A stretch of 64,000 nt of DNA from positions 18,310,341 through 18,374,340 of the forward strand of contig NC_083409.1 of assembly GCF_020745735.1 (NCBI RefSeq), read 5' to 3'. Both the position numbers and the translations under genes were made by a program. Below, one piece after another: positions 22,918-35,350 of this stretch. How positions within the stretch are numbered: the first letter of the stretch is position 1; every line of letters begins with the position of its first letter. Under the pieces are notes generated by a model, which worked only from the letters and a program-made list of their open reading frames with translations, did no database searches and was not told the DNA's origin. Origin of the DNA: Hemiscyllium ocellatum (lineage: Eukaryota).

Positions 22918-23671
22918 AGACATAAGACATAAGACATAGGAGTGGAAGTAAGGCCATTCGGCCCATCGAGTCCACTCCTCCATTCAGTCATGGATGATGG
23001 GCATTTCAACTCCACTTACCAGTGTTCTCCCCGTAGCCCTTAATTCCTCGAGACAACAAGAATCTATCAATCTCGGCTTTGAAGACATTTAGCATCCCGG
23101 CCTCCACTGCACTCCGTGGCAATGAATTCCACAGGCCCACCACCCTCTGGCTGAAGAAATGTCTCAGCATTTCTGTTCTGAATTGACCCCCTCTAATCCT
23201 AAGTCTGTGTCCACGGGTCCTAGTCTCCTCGGCTAATGGAAATAATTTCCTAGCGTCCACCCTTTCCAAGCCATGTATTATCTTGTACGTCTCTAGTAAG
23301 TCTCCCCTTAATCTTCTAAACTCCAATGAATACAATCCCAGGATCCTCAGCTGTTCCTCATATGTTAGACCTACCATTCCAGGGATCATCCGTGTGAATC
23401 TCCGCTGGACACGTTCCAGTGTCAGTATGTCCTTCCTGAGGTGTGGGGACCAAAGCTGGACACAGTACTCCCAATGGGGCCTAACCAGAGCTTTATAAAG
23501 TCTCAGTAGCACATCTCTGCTTTTATATTCCAACCCTCTTGAGATAAGTGACAACATTGCATTCGCTTTCTTAATCACGGACTCAACCTGCATGTTTACC
23601 TTTAGAGAATCCTCGACTAGCACTCCCAGATTCCTTTGTACTTTGGCTTTAATAATTTTCTCACCATTTAG
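22918..23671 (-). mobile_element. Young 5'-truncated CR1 insertion specific to copy A
   Basis: Stop-free RT C-terminal ORF within 23006-23698 and (cttatgt)n tail. Empty site ccatataaacaacac at about 62339-62353. Confidence 0.92.
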
Positions 23672-23760
23672 AACAACACATTCCCTTATCTCACACATTA
23701 GTGACCTCGTTAAAACATGTAACCAGGTAAGCTAAAAATGTCTGACCCTTTTAAATCCAT

Positions 23761-24730
23761 GAGTAAAAAATGAGGTCTGTCATTAATTTCTGAACACAGT
23801 CTCAAATTCGATTCATAACTTCTCAAATACCAGCATATACTCATATATAACATTCAGTCAGATAAAATTCATTACTGAGTCTGCATATCTGGACTTTCAG
23901 ACTGCGCTATAGTGAGAGTCAGCATGTCAAAAAACCAGATTCATTCAGAAGCTAAGTACAAAATGACCATTCAGCGGAGCATAGAGATACAGGAACTGCA
24001 TAGACGCAGAAAGCAGAGCATAAGCAGGTAGAGTCACGAAGCAACGCTAGAGTAGCAGCAAGAGCATTGAAAGCTCAGAGCTAAGCAGGAATATGTCATG
24101 ATCACGGAGGTAAGAGCCATTCAGGACAGTGGAGACTGAATGGGAGCTTCAGCAGTGAGAACATACTGACAGCAGATGTCTGAGTCAGATGTTCTAGTAC
24201 TACTCTCAGTCGATGATGAAAACTCTCCTCAGCACACAGCTATCAGTCTTGTAGCTCCATAGTGCTACTGTTCCATCCTGACACTCTCCCACCCATCCTT
24301 CAGTAGCTCTCTCTCTGTCACAGACTTCAGTCTCACCAGCCTTCCCACATCTTCCTTGATGCAATGACTCTTTGCTGACACTTTCTCTCCGACCTTCGCT
24401 TCACCCTTGGATCTGCCTGAACTTCTTGCTCTCCAGCACACACTAACTCACATCCTCATTCCCTGATTCTTGAGTGCTGTGAGTGCTGTAACTGCATCAG
24501 ATTGAGTCACTGATCCAGGGCTGCCTCATCTGAATCCTCTAGTCATAGCTCATCCAGCAATGATCATGACACATGCTCATGCATGAAGAACAGACGACCA
24601 GACCCTCCAATTCAGCGCATCAGACCATGGCATCACACCTACATGACCCTGCCCAATTGCTCTCCCATGTCATCCCAATAATTAACCAATGGTAGTCCCA
24701 ACAGACCAACCTGACCCTGATCCGCCAAAC
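23761..24730. other. Probable low-accuracy (single long-read) assembly patch
   Basis: Both ends align only loosely, with many indels, to 62437-62720, whereas the flanks align at over 90%. Confidence 0.55.
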
Positions 24731-24734
24731 ACTT

Positions 24735-24962
24735 CTAATTCATCGAGGTAAAAACAATGACTGCAGATGCTGGAAACCAGATTCTGGATCAGCGGTGCTG
24801 GAAGAGCACAGCAGTTCAGGCAGCATCCAAAGTGCAGCGAAATCGACGTTTCAGGCTCTCTGCCTTTATTCCTGATGAAGGGCTTTTGCACGAAAGGTCG
24901 ATTTCGCTGCACTTTGGATGCTGCCTGAATTGCTGTGCTCTTCTAGCACCACTGATCCAGAA
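24735..24962. mobile_element. Penelope-tail insertion with inverted arms and a degenerate hammerhead motif (+, 24868-24903)
   Basis: Arms 24782-24852 and 24892-24962. Absent from the paralog at about 62715. Confidence 0.7.
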
Positions 24963-27900
24963 CCTTCCTATTCATATACCCATCCAGATGCCTTTTAAAT
25001 GTTGCAATTGTACCAGCCTCCACCACTTCCTCTGACAGCCCATTCCACACTCGCACCACCCTCTGTGTGAAAATGTTGCTCCGTAAGTCTCTTTTATATC
25101 TTGATGAAGACGAAGGGCTTCATTCTTGATGAAGGGCTTTTGCCCGAAACGTCGAATTTCCTGTTCCTTGAATGCTGCCTGACCTGCTGCGCCTTAACCA
25201 GCAGCACATTTTCAGCTCTTTTATATCTTTCCCCTTTTACCCTAAACCCATGCCCTCTATTCCTGGACTCCACCACCCCAGGGAAAAGACTTGGCCTCTT
25301 TGCCCTATCCAGGCCCCTCATGATTTTGTAAACCTCTGTAAGGTCACCCCTCACTCCAGGGAAAACATCCCCAGTTATTTAACCTCTCCCTATAGCTTAA
25401 ATCCTCCAACCCTGGTAACATCCTTATAAATCTTTTCTGAACCCTTTCAAGTTTCACAACATCTTTCTGATCGGAAGGAGACCAGAATTTAACGCAATAC
25501 TCCAAAAGTGGTTTAGGTGACCTCCCAACACCGATACTCAATACTCTAACCAATAAAGGAAAGCATCCCAAATGTCTTCTTCATTATCCTATCTACCTAC
25601 GACTGTACTTTTAAGGAGCTATGAACATGCACTCCAAGGTCTCTTTGTTCAGCAACATTCCCGAGAACCGTACCATTATGTGTGTAAGTCCTGCTAAGAT
25701 TTGCTTCCCTAACTGCAGCACCTTGCATTTACCTAAATTAAACTCCATCTGTCATTCCTCAGCCCATTGGCCCATCGGATCAAGATCCTGTTATAATCTG
25801 AGGTAACCTTCTTGATGTCCACTACACCTCCAATTTTGGTGTCATTTGCAAACTTACTAACTCTACCTCGTATGTTCACATCCAAATCATTTATGTAAAT
25901 GACAAAAAGTAGTTGCCCCAGCACCAATCCTTATGACACTCCACTGGTCACAGTCCTCCAGTCTGAAAAACAACACTCCACCACCACCCTGTCTTCTACC
26001 TTTGAGCCAGTTCAGTATCCAAATGGCTAGTTCTAACTGTATTCCATGAGATCTAACCTTGCTAACCAATCTTCCATGGGAACCTTGTTGAATGTCTTAC
26101 TTAAGTCCATGCAGATCCTGTCTAACGCTCTGCCCTCATCAATTCTTTCTGTTACTTCTTCAAAAAACTCAATCAAGTTTGTGAGACATCATTTCCCATA
26201 CACAAAACCATGCTGACTATCCCTAATCAGTCTTTGCCTTTCCAAATATATGGACAATCTGTCCCTCAGGATTCCTTTCAATAACTTCCTCACAATCGAC
26301 GTCTGGCTGACTGGTCTACAATTCCCTGGCTTGTCCTTACCTTTCTTAAATAGTGGCACCAATTAGTGAACCTCCAGTCTTCTGGCACATCATTTGTGAC
26401 CATTGAGGATACAAATATCACAGTAAGAGGCCCAGTAATCACTTCCCTAGCTTCCCACAGATTCGTAGGATACACCTAATTCGGTCCTGGGGATTTATCC
26501 ACTTTTATGCATTTCAAGACATTTAGCACCTCGTCGTCTGTAATATGAACGTTTTTCAAGATATCACCATCTATTTCCCTGCATTCTATATCTTCAATGT
26601 CCTTCTCCACAGTTAAAGTGAAGTAAAATACTCATTTGGTATCTGCCCCATCTCCTGCGGATCCACACAAAGGTCGTCTTGCTGATCTTTGAGGGGCCCT
26701 ATTCTCTCCTTAGTTACCCTCTTGTCCTTAATGTATTCATAAAATCCCTCTGGATTCTCCTTAACCCGATTTGCCAAAGCATTCTCATGTTGTTTCCCTC
26801 CTGATTTCCCTCTTAAGTTTACTCCTACTGCCTTTGTATATCACTAAGGATTCACTCAATCTATCCTGTCTATACCTGACATATGCTTCATTCTTTTTCT
26901 TAACCAAACCCTCAACTTCTCTCATCATCCAATATTCCCTACACCTACCAGCCTTTCCTTTCACCGTAACTAGAATATACTATCTCTGGACTCAAATTAT
27001 CTCATTTCTGAAGGCTTCCCTTTTTCCAGCTGTCCCTTTACCTGTGAGCAACTGCCCCCAATCAGCTTTTCAGAGTTCTTGCCTGATACAGGCAACATTA
27101 GCCTTCCTCCAATTTAGAACTTCAACTTCTGGATCTGGTCTATCCTTTTCCATCACTATTTTAAAATGAATAGAATTATGGTCGCTGACCAGAAGTGCTC
27201 CTCCACTGACACCTCAGTCACCTGCCCTGCCATATTTCCAAGAGTAGGTCGAGCTTTGCACCTTCTCTAGTAGGTACATCCACATACTGAATCAGAAAAT
27301 TGTCTTGTACGCACTTAACAAATTCCTCTCCATCTGAACCCTTAACACTTTGGCAGTCCCAGTCTATGTTTGGAAAGTTAAAATCCCGGAGTATAACCAC
27401 TGATAGCTGAAATCTCCTTACAAATTTGTTTCTCAATTTCCCGCTGACTGTTGGAGGGGGGCTATAATATAATCCTAACAAGGTGATCATCCCCTTCTTT
27501 TTTCTCAGTTCCATCCAAATAACTTCCCTGGCTGTATTTCTGGGAATATCCTCCCTAAGCACAGCTGTAATGCTATCCCTTATCAAAAATGCCACTCTCC
27601 CTCCTCTTGTGCCTCCCTTTCTGTCCTTCCCGTAGCTTTTGTATCCTAGAACATGAAACAGCCAGTCCTGTCCATCCCCGAGCCATATTTCTGTAATTGC
27701 TATGATGTCCCAGTCCCATATTCCTAACAACACCCTATGTTCATCTTCCTTCCCTGTTGGGCCTCGTGCACTGAAATAAATGCAGTTTAATTTATCAGCC
27801 TTACCTTGTTCTCTGCTTTGTCCCCGCCTGCCCTGACTGTTTGACTTCCCTTTGTTCTCAACTGTACCAATCTCAGGTTGAAATCTTTCCTCACTATCTC

Positions 27901-28620
27901 CCTGCGTCCCACCCGCCCACCTTACTAGTTTAAATCCTCTCGAGCAGCTCTGGCAAATTTACCTGCCAGTATATTAGTCCCCTTCCAATTTAGGTGCAAT
28001 CTGTCCTTCTTGTACAGGTAACTTCTACCTCAAGACAGCTTCCAAAGATCCAAAAATGAGAATCCTTCTCCCGAACACCAGCTCCTCAGTCATGCATTCA
28101 TCTGCTCTATCCTCCTATTCCTGCCCTCACTAGATCATAGCACCAGGAGTAATTCAGACATTACTACTCTTGAGGACCTCCTTTTTAAATTCCTGCCTAA
28201 CTCTCTGCAATCTCCCTTCAGAATTTCAACCTTTTCCCTTCCTATGTCGTTGGTTCCAAAGTGTACAATGACCTCCTGCTGGTCCCTCTCCACCTTAAGA
28301 ACATTCTGCACCCTCCCTGAGACATCCTTGATCCTGGCACCAGGAAGCAACACACCATTCTGATTTTTCACTGCTGGCCATAGAAACGTCTGTCTGTACC
28401 TCGGGCTACAGAGTCCCCTAACACAGTCAATCATTTGGGACCCGACGTACCTCCCATTACATTAGAGCCAGTGCCAATACCAGAAACTTGGCTGCTCATG
28501 CTAATGCTAAGTACCCCTGAGTTTCCATCACCCCCTACATTTTCCAAAACAGCATTCTTGTTTGAAATGGGAATAGCCACAGAAGACTCCTGCACTACTT
28601 GCCTCCCTTTCTTGCCTTTC
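24963..28620 (-). mobile_element. Near full-length degenerate CR1 LINE
   Basis: ORF1 esterase VIVHFGTNDIG (28135-28434), EN DIIAITEIW..RDFNFPNIDWD (27218-27733), RT YINDLD..FANDTKIG. 3' part duplicated at 62590-64000. Confidence 0.9.
25103..25215 (+). mobile_element. 113-bp hammerhead-containing Penelope-tail insertion with 14-bp TSD
   Basis: TSD ctcttttatatctt at 25089-25102 and 25216-25229; single copy at the empty site 62829-62842. HHR-like attc-TTGATGA-agggc-tttt-gccc-GAAACGTC-gaat at 25122-25157. Confidence 0.85.
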
Positions 28621-28659
28621 CTGGAGTAATGGTCAGAGCCCATGGGATCCAAGGCATTT

Positions 28660-30790
28660 TGGCAAATTGGATCCAAATATGAGGCAAAGAGTGATGGTGG
28701 AGGGTTGTCTTTGTGATTGGAAGCCTGTTGCAGCTGTACAGGGTGCTAGTGAGGCCACACCTGGAGCACTGCGTGCAGTAATGGTCTCCTTACTTGAAAA
28801 AGGCTATACTGGCACTAGAGGAGTGCAGAGAAAGTTCACTAGGCTGATTCTGGGGTGGAGGGGGTTGGCTTATGAAGGGAGACTGCGTCGACTGGGATAT
28901 ATTCATTGGATCTTAGAAGAATGAGGGGAACCTTATAGAAACAAATAAAATTATAAAGAGAATAGATAAGACAGAAGTAGAGAGGATGTTCCCACTGGCA
29001 GGTGAAACTAAAACAAGAGGGTTTCGCCTCAAAATTAGAGGGAGCAGATTTAGGATTGAATTGAGAAGGAACATCTTCACCCAGAGGGTCATAAATCTAT
29101 GAAATTCCTTGCTCAATGAAGAAATTGATGCTCCTTCAGTAAATGTTTTAAAGCTAAGACTTTTTTTTTGAACAACAAAGGAATTAAGAGATACAGAGAG
29201 AGCAAATTACAGATCTTGCACTTTAGCAAAAATAATACAGGCATGGTCTATTTTCTAAACAGTGAGAAAATTCCGAAAGCCAAAGTACAAAGGGATCTAG
29301 GAATGCTAGTCCTGGATTCTCTCAGGATTCACTTGCAGGTTGAGTCTGTGGTTAAGAAAGCAAATGTAATGTTGTAATTTATCTCAAGAGGATTGGAATG
29401 TAAAATGAGATGTGCTACTGAGACTTTATAAAGCTCTAGTTAGGCCCCATTTGAAGCACTGGTTCCAGTTTTAGGCCCCACACCTCAGAAAGAACATACT
29501 GGGACTGGACCGTGTCCAGTGGAGATTTACACGGATGAGCCCTGGAATGTTAAGCCTAATATATGATGAATGACCGAGGATCCTGGGATTGTATTCATTC
29601 GAGTTTAGAAGGTTGAGGGGAGGTCTGATAGAAACTTACAAGATAATGCATGGCTTTGAAAGGTTGGATGCTGGGAAATTGTTTCCGTTAGGTAGGGATA
29701 CTAGCATCCGTGGGCACCTGCTTAGAGTTAGAGGGGGTCAGTTCAAAATGGAACTGAGGAGACATTTCTTCAGCTAGAGAGTGGAATTCATTGCCACAGA
29801 GCGCAGTGGTGGTGGAGATATTAAATGTCTTCAAGGCAGAGATTGATAAATTCATAATCTTGCAATTAATTAAGGGCTACAGGGAGAGTGTGGGTAACTG
29901 GCCTTAAATGCCCATCACCCATGATTGAATGGCGGAGTGGACTCGATGGGCCAAATGGCCTTACTTCCACTCCTATGTCTTTAGGTCTTATGTGGAACTG
30001 AGTCCATGAAAAGATCAACCATGGTCTTCTTGAATGGCAGAGCAGGGTCAAACGGCTAGATGGCCTACTCCTGCTCCTAGTTCTTATGTTCTTATGTTCC
30101 TTGGGAGTACTGAGGAACAAAGGGACCTTGGTGTACAAGTCCATCAATCCCAGAAGGCATCAACTCGACTGGGTGGTGAAGAAAGCATATGGGATGCTTG
30201 TCATCATTAGCCAGGGTGTAGAATATAGAAAGGAAGAATTCTTGTTGTTACCTGATAGAGCATTGCTTAGGTCATGTCTGGAATATTGTGCACATTTCTG
30301 GTTATGACACTGTTGGAAGAACATGATGGACTGGAGAGGATGCAGAGGAGATTAACCAGAATATTCCCTGGGATGGAAAATGTTAGTTCTGAGGAGAGAC
30401 TGGATAGACTGGGTTTGTTTTCTTTGGGGGGAGTCTGATTGAGGTATACAAAAATATGAAAGGCATAGACAAAGTCAAATGTGAGAATCTTTTCCCCATG
30501 TCAGACATGTCTATGACCAGAAGGAATAAGCATACCGTGTGGAAAAGTGGTTTAGAGGGGTTTTGAGAACTTCTTTCCCCAGAGGGTGGTAGAAATATGG
30601 AATGTGCTGTTTGAGAAGGTGGTGGAGGAAGCTCCTCTCACAACATTTAAGAAACATCCAGATGAGCACAAAAAATGCCAGGGCATGGGAGGCTATGGAC
30701 CAAGAGCAGGTAAATGGAGTTTGGTGATTACTGATTGGCATCGACATGTCGACAAACAGAAGGGCCTATTTATTTGTTGTATGACTCTAT
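28660..30790 (+). mobile_element. Nested CR1 3' fragments
   Basis: VQRKFTRLILG, DLGMLVLDSL..VKKAN, RGGLIETYKIMHG and HQLDWVVKKAYGML motifs. Confidence 0.8.
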
Positions 30791-33270
30791 GACAATGAAG
30801 AGAAGGACGTGGAAGCATTGTTCATGTCGTTAGTGAAGATAGCAACACAAGTGAGGTGGGAAAAACAGGTTGGACCTTGCCCATGCAAAAATGAACTTGG
30901 GAAGCACAAGAGGTTTCTACATCCCTGTCAGAGGAATGTTCTCAGGATCATGAGGAGGTGAAAACAGCTATTCTAAGCACATATGAGTTGGTCCCAGAAA
31001 CATACAGACAGATGTTTCAGAACTTACACAGACAACCTGGACAAACCTCTACTGAGTTTAAGAGAGTTCAACAAAATAATGCTGACAGGTGGATAAGAAC
31101 ATTAACAGCTGAGAATACTTACAATGCTCTCAGAGAAGTTATCCTTTGAGAAGAATTTATAACGTCCTTCACTTCTAGAATTAGAATTCATGAAGAAGAC
31201 CAAAGGGGAACAATAGTAAGACAAACAGCTATAATGGCTAATGATGATAGACTTTGTTAAAGCCAAAACCCTGCAGATGCTGGAATCCAAAGTAGACAAA
31301 CAGGAGGCTGGAAGAGCACAACAAGCCAAGCAGCATCAGGTGGTGGAGAAGTCACCTGATGGGAGACCGATCCAGAAACCTTTTTCCCATCAGGCCCAGA
31401 AATGGGAGAAACATAAAAATTGGGAGAGTGTGAGGAAGGCAGGTAGCCAGGGGAGAGAGTGGACAGGAGGGAACAGCCCAAGAACTCCTTCTCAGCTGAA
31501 AAAGGAAATTGCTGAGGGTGGAAGTGATGATCAGAAGCTGAAATGTTTCTCTTGGAATAAGGTGGGCCATGTATGTTTGGAATGTTGAAACTTGTGAGGT
31601 AAACCCATGGGATTTATGGGAGTTCGTAAAAATGAGTCAGAGAAGGGAACACAGACAGATAATCCCACAGAGCAGGTTGTAGCTGTAACTATAACAAAAA
31701 GACTGAGGTAAATTCTGTCATTAGTAAAGGAAGTTGGAAGGTAGATGAGAGGTGGACAGGATTGTTTTTAAAAGGAATTGTGACTCCCTTTTCTTCAGCT
31801 AAACCCAGAACCAAACTGAGAGATACAGGAGCAACACAATCACTTTTACTGGAGAAAGAATTGATATTCCCTCCGCAGAGCTCGATGGGAGCTAAGGTAT
31901 TAATCAATGGGATTGGTGGAGAATATATTCCGCTTCCATTCTGAAAGGTACAACTGGAATGCAATTTGTTATCAGGAGAAGTAATTGTCGGAGTGGGGAA
32001 AACATTCCCTGTTGAGGGAGTTGATTTTCTTCTGGGGAATGTTTTGTCAGGATTAAAGGCAGTATCTTCCTCGATAATTACAGAATGTCCAAAGGAGGGC
32101 CAAGAAACAGAACAATGACAGGAACAGGTTCCTGGTCTCTCTCCTTCGTGTGAGGTAACCAGGGCAATGGTTAAACAAAATCCATCAGTAAGGGTTGATG
32201 TGACATCACAGCAAGTGAAAAGATTGCTAAAAATTTCCGAAAGGGTGAAGATAATCCAGGAGGAGTGTTTGGTATGATGTTCCTAATTACACCAGATCCA
32301 AAAAGCAGATCCTGAATGAAATAAATGAGCACAGTCAGCTCATACTGAGGTTGAGGCTGGAGGGGTTTAAGAGTGTTATTACCTTCAGAATGGAGCGCTG
32401 ATGAGGCAGTGGAGACCTCCCCCCCACCCCCTCATGTACCCCCAGATGAAGAATGGTCGGTTAGATATTGGCTAGAGGTCCCACCCAGCTATCATAGGGA
32501 GATAGTACAAGGGGCACATGAGACTCCCATGGCAGGTCACATGGGGATTAGGAAAACATAGGCATCCAGAAACAGGTATTTTACTGAGCCAAAATTGGAT
32601 AAAGATATGGTGCAGTTTTATAAAATGTGTCCTACTTGTCAATTTGTAGGTAAACCTCAACATAAAACCAGCATCCTTAATTCCTCTCCCAGTTTTTGAG
32701 GAACCATTCAGTCATGTACATGTTTGTCAAGTAGTAAGTATAATGGTGCAGGGGATCAGAAAACGCTTGAGATCAAAAAAGAACTGGACAATTCCCAAAG
32801 TAAACCTCCTGTTATTAGATGAACACATTCAGAGGTATTAGAGAATTCAGACACTGTATTTTTGCATCTGGAAAAAGATCAACAGGTTTAGTTAGTGAGG
32901 TTGCACAGAAAATAGAAAGATGTTTGTATGAGGAGTTATTGAGGACTTTGGTTCTGTACTTGATGGAGCTTGGAAGGATATTTCGGAATGACTTTGAAAC
33001 TTATAGAATACAGAGAGGCCTGGATCCAGTGGACATGGAGAAGATGTTTCCAATGATAGGAGAGTTGAAGACCCAAGGGCACAGCCTCAGAGTGAAGAGA
33101 CAATCTTTTGTTCTTGTCAAAAATTGATTTATTAAAAGAATGTTGACAAGAACTCACTGACAACTAGAACTAAGTGAGTTTCTGTATTTATCACACCTAA
33201 TGGATTATACCCAATGGCAAGTCTTGCTATTTGGACTGAGCAATGCTCCAGTCACATTTGAATGATTATT
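30790..33270 (+). mobile_element. Decayed Gmr1-type Gypsy LTR retrotransposon (gag, Zn knuckle, PR, IN N-terminus, RT piece)
   Basis: VKTAILSTYELVPETYRQMF (about 30958), KCFSWNKVGHVCLEC (about 31535), LRDTGATQSLL (about 31815), AHETPMAGHMGIRKT..CPTCQ (32510-32645), KIDLLK..FITPNGL..FGLSNAPVTFE (33120-33265). A CR1 piece lies at 32930-33100. Confidence 0.8.
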
Positions 33271-33678
33271 GTGAAAGCGAACAAGGTCACACTCCCCCAC
33301 ATTACACTCCATCTGCCCAATATCTCTCCAAAGCCCAACTGTATCTAATATTCAGCAGGATGGACCTTCACTGGGAAAGAGCCATTTGTAACTAGAATAA
33401 TGACACATCTCTGAGAATCACATTAATAACCATTTGTATTGAAGCTTTCATAAGTTCTATGTTGATTGACACAATGCTCTGGTTTGGGCTTTGCTGTCTG
33501 TACAAATCATCTGTAATGTCTTTGCTGCAATGGTTCACATTTCCATCATCAAACTCCCACTCCAAATATCCCGTCATTATTCTCCATGGGATTCACTGGC
33601 ATTCGCTCAGATCAGACTCCCAGCAGCTCAAATTGAGAGAGGGGTGGAGTTCAGAAAGAGAGAGAGATGAAGTTCAAG

Positions 33679-33685
<7 letters not shown>

Positions 33686-33720
<35 letters not shown>
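33686..33720 (+). repeat. (GA)n microsatellite
   Basis: Read directly. Confidence 0.9.
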
Positions 33721-33722
<2 letters not shown>

Positions 33723-34024
33723 CAGAGAACTGAGAGAGTGGAGGATAGAGCTTGGAGAGAGAAAGAAGGGTGGAATTCAAATAGATCTGTGCAGCTCAGG
33801 CGGGTGGGGGAGGTGGGAGCGGAGAGGGGAGAGAGAGCAAGATAGAGATGGAGGTTAAGGAGTTGTATATCAAAGATAAATTATACTCTGTTAAAGACTG
33901 CACTGGATGAATGCTGTATAACTCTCTGACTCTATTGACACTATCTACAATGCTGCCTAACTTTGTATCATTAGAAAACTAGAATATCTGACTTTCTATG
34001 CCATTATCCAAGTCATTAATAAAT

Positions 34025-34329
34025 ATTAGATTAGATTAGATTACTTACAGCGTGGAAACAGGCCCTTCGGCCCAACAAGTCCACACCGACCTGCCGAAGC
34101 GCAACCCACCCATACCTCTACATTTACCCCTTACCTAACACTACAGGCAATTTAGCATGGCCAATTCACCTGACCTGCACATCTTTGGACTGTGGTAGGA
34201 ACCGGAGCTCCCGGAGGAAACCCACGCAGACACGGGGAGAACGTGCAAACTCCACACAGTCTGTCGCCTGAGTTGGGAATTGAACCTGGGTCTCAGGCGC
34301 TGTGAGGCAGCGGTGCTAACCACTGTGCC
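34025..34329 (-). mobile_element. HE1-type SINE, near full length with (ctaat)n tail
   Basis: Reverse complement of the ggcacagtggttagcac..gggccgaagggcctgtttccac..ctaatctaat consensus. Confidence 0.92.
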
Positions 34330-34339
34330 TAACTAACTG

Positions 34340-35350
34340 AGGCGTAAATACGCATTCCTATTGGACACCATTTCCTATTGGAAATCCTGCCAATTTCAGC
34401 ACTTACCCATTATCCCTCCTGTCAGTCACCTGTCACTCAACCAATTTCCAAGTGTGTCAGTACTTTAGCCTCAGTTCTGTGGATTTCTACCTCAGTTGAC
34501 GGTTTCTTACATGGGACTTTATCAAATGCCTTCTGGAAGTCCCTGTAAACAACATCGATTGACATTACTGTGTCCAGGACTTTTGTATCCTCTTCAAAAA
34601 TGTTCAATGAGATTTCTTTCAGTGTGACCAACTTGTCATGAATCCATGCTGATTCTCCCTGATTAACTGAACATTTTCAAGGTCTTCAGTTACCACCAAT
34701 CCTTGATTATAGATCCCAACAATTTCCACACCACAAATATTGGCTTAATGACCTGTAATTTCCTGTTTTTTTCTGTCACATCATTGTTAAATATGAGGTG
34801 ATATTTGCAATTTTCCAGTCCAGAGGTATGCTGTATCCAGGGAACTCTGAAAGATTATAGCTGAAAATGTGTTGCTGGTTAAGCACAGCAGGTCAGGCAG
34901 CATCCAAGGAGCAGGAGAATCGATGTTTCGGGCTTGAGCCCTTCATCAGGAATCATTCTGAAAGATTATAGTCAGGGTGTCTACACTGTGATCTGTTACT
35001 ACCTTTATCACCCTCAGATGGAAACCTAGGTTCTGTGAATTTGTCACTCTTTAGTTCCATTAATTTCCTCATTACGGATATTTTACTGACATGAAATTTT
35101 ATTCAGTCCCTGTACCTGATCCTCTGTTATTTCCTTTGGGAATTCAGGCAAATCCTTTTCTTTTTCTAGTGCAAATCTTGAGGTAAAGTATTTATTTAAC
35201 AGGGCTGTCATCTCCCCATTGTCACTGACAAGATCCCTCATTTTCAGTTTTAAAATGGCCAACATTGCTCCTGACCTCCCAGCTCCCCTTTTATGGAACT
35301 GTAACATTTCTCCTTATTGATTTTGATTTCCCTTACATGTTCCCTTTCAG
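34340..35350 (-). mobile_element. Degenerate CR1 fragment
   Basis: DVVYRDFQKAFDKVP RT motif. Confidence 0.75.
34861..34956 (-). mobile_element. 96-bp hammerhead-containing Penelope-tail insertion with 15-bp TSD
   Basis: TSD tctgaaagattatag at 34846-34860 and 34957-34971. attc-CTGATGA-agggc-tcaa-gccc-GAAAC-ATC-gatt at 34953-34918. Confidence 0.88.

Larger units (their letters stand above)
12342..26400. repeat. Copy A of direct segmental duplication (pairs with 51761-64000)
   Basis: Same-strand colinearity throughout, roughly 90-95% identical by eye, with copy-specific TE insertions. Confidence 0.95.

Noticed and set aside
33392-33577. Non-repetitive minus-strand ORF (TGYLEWEFDDGNVNHCSKDI..)
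   Set aside because: No family recognised, in-frame stop just upstream, and no clear splice sites. A BLASTX hit would be needed.
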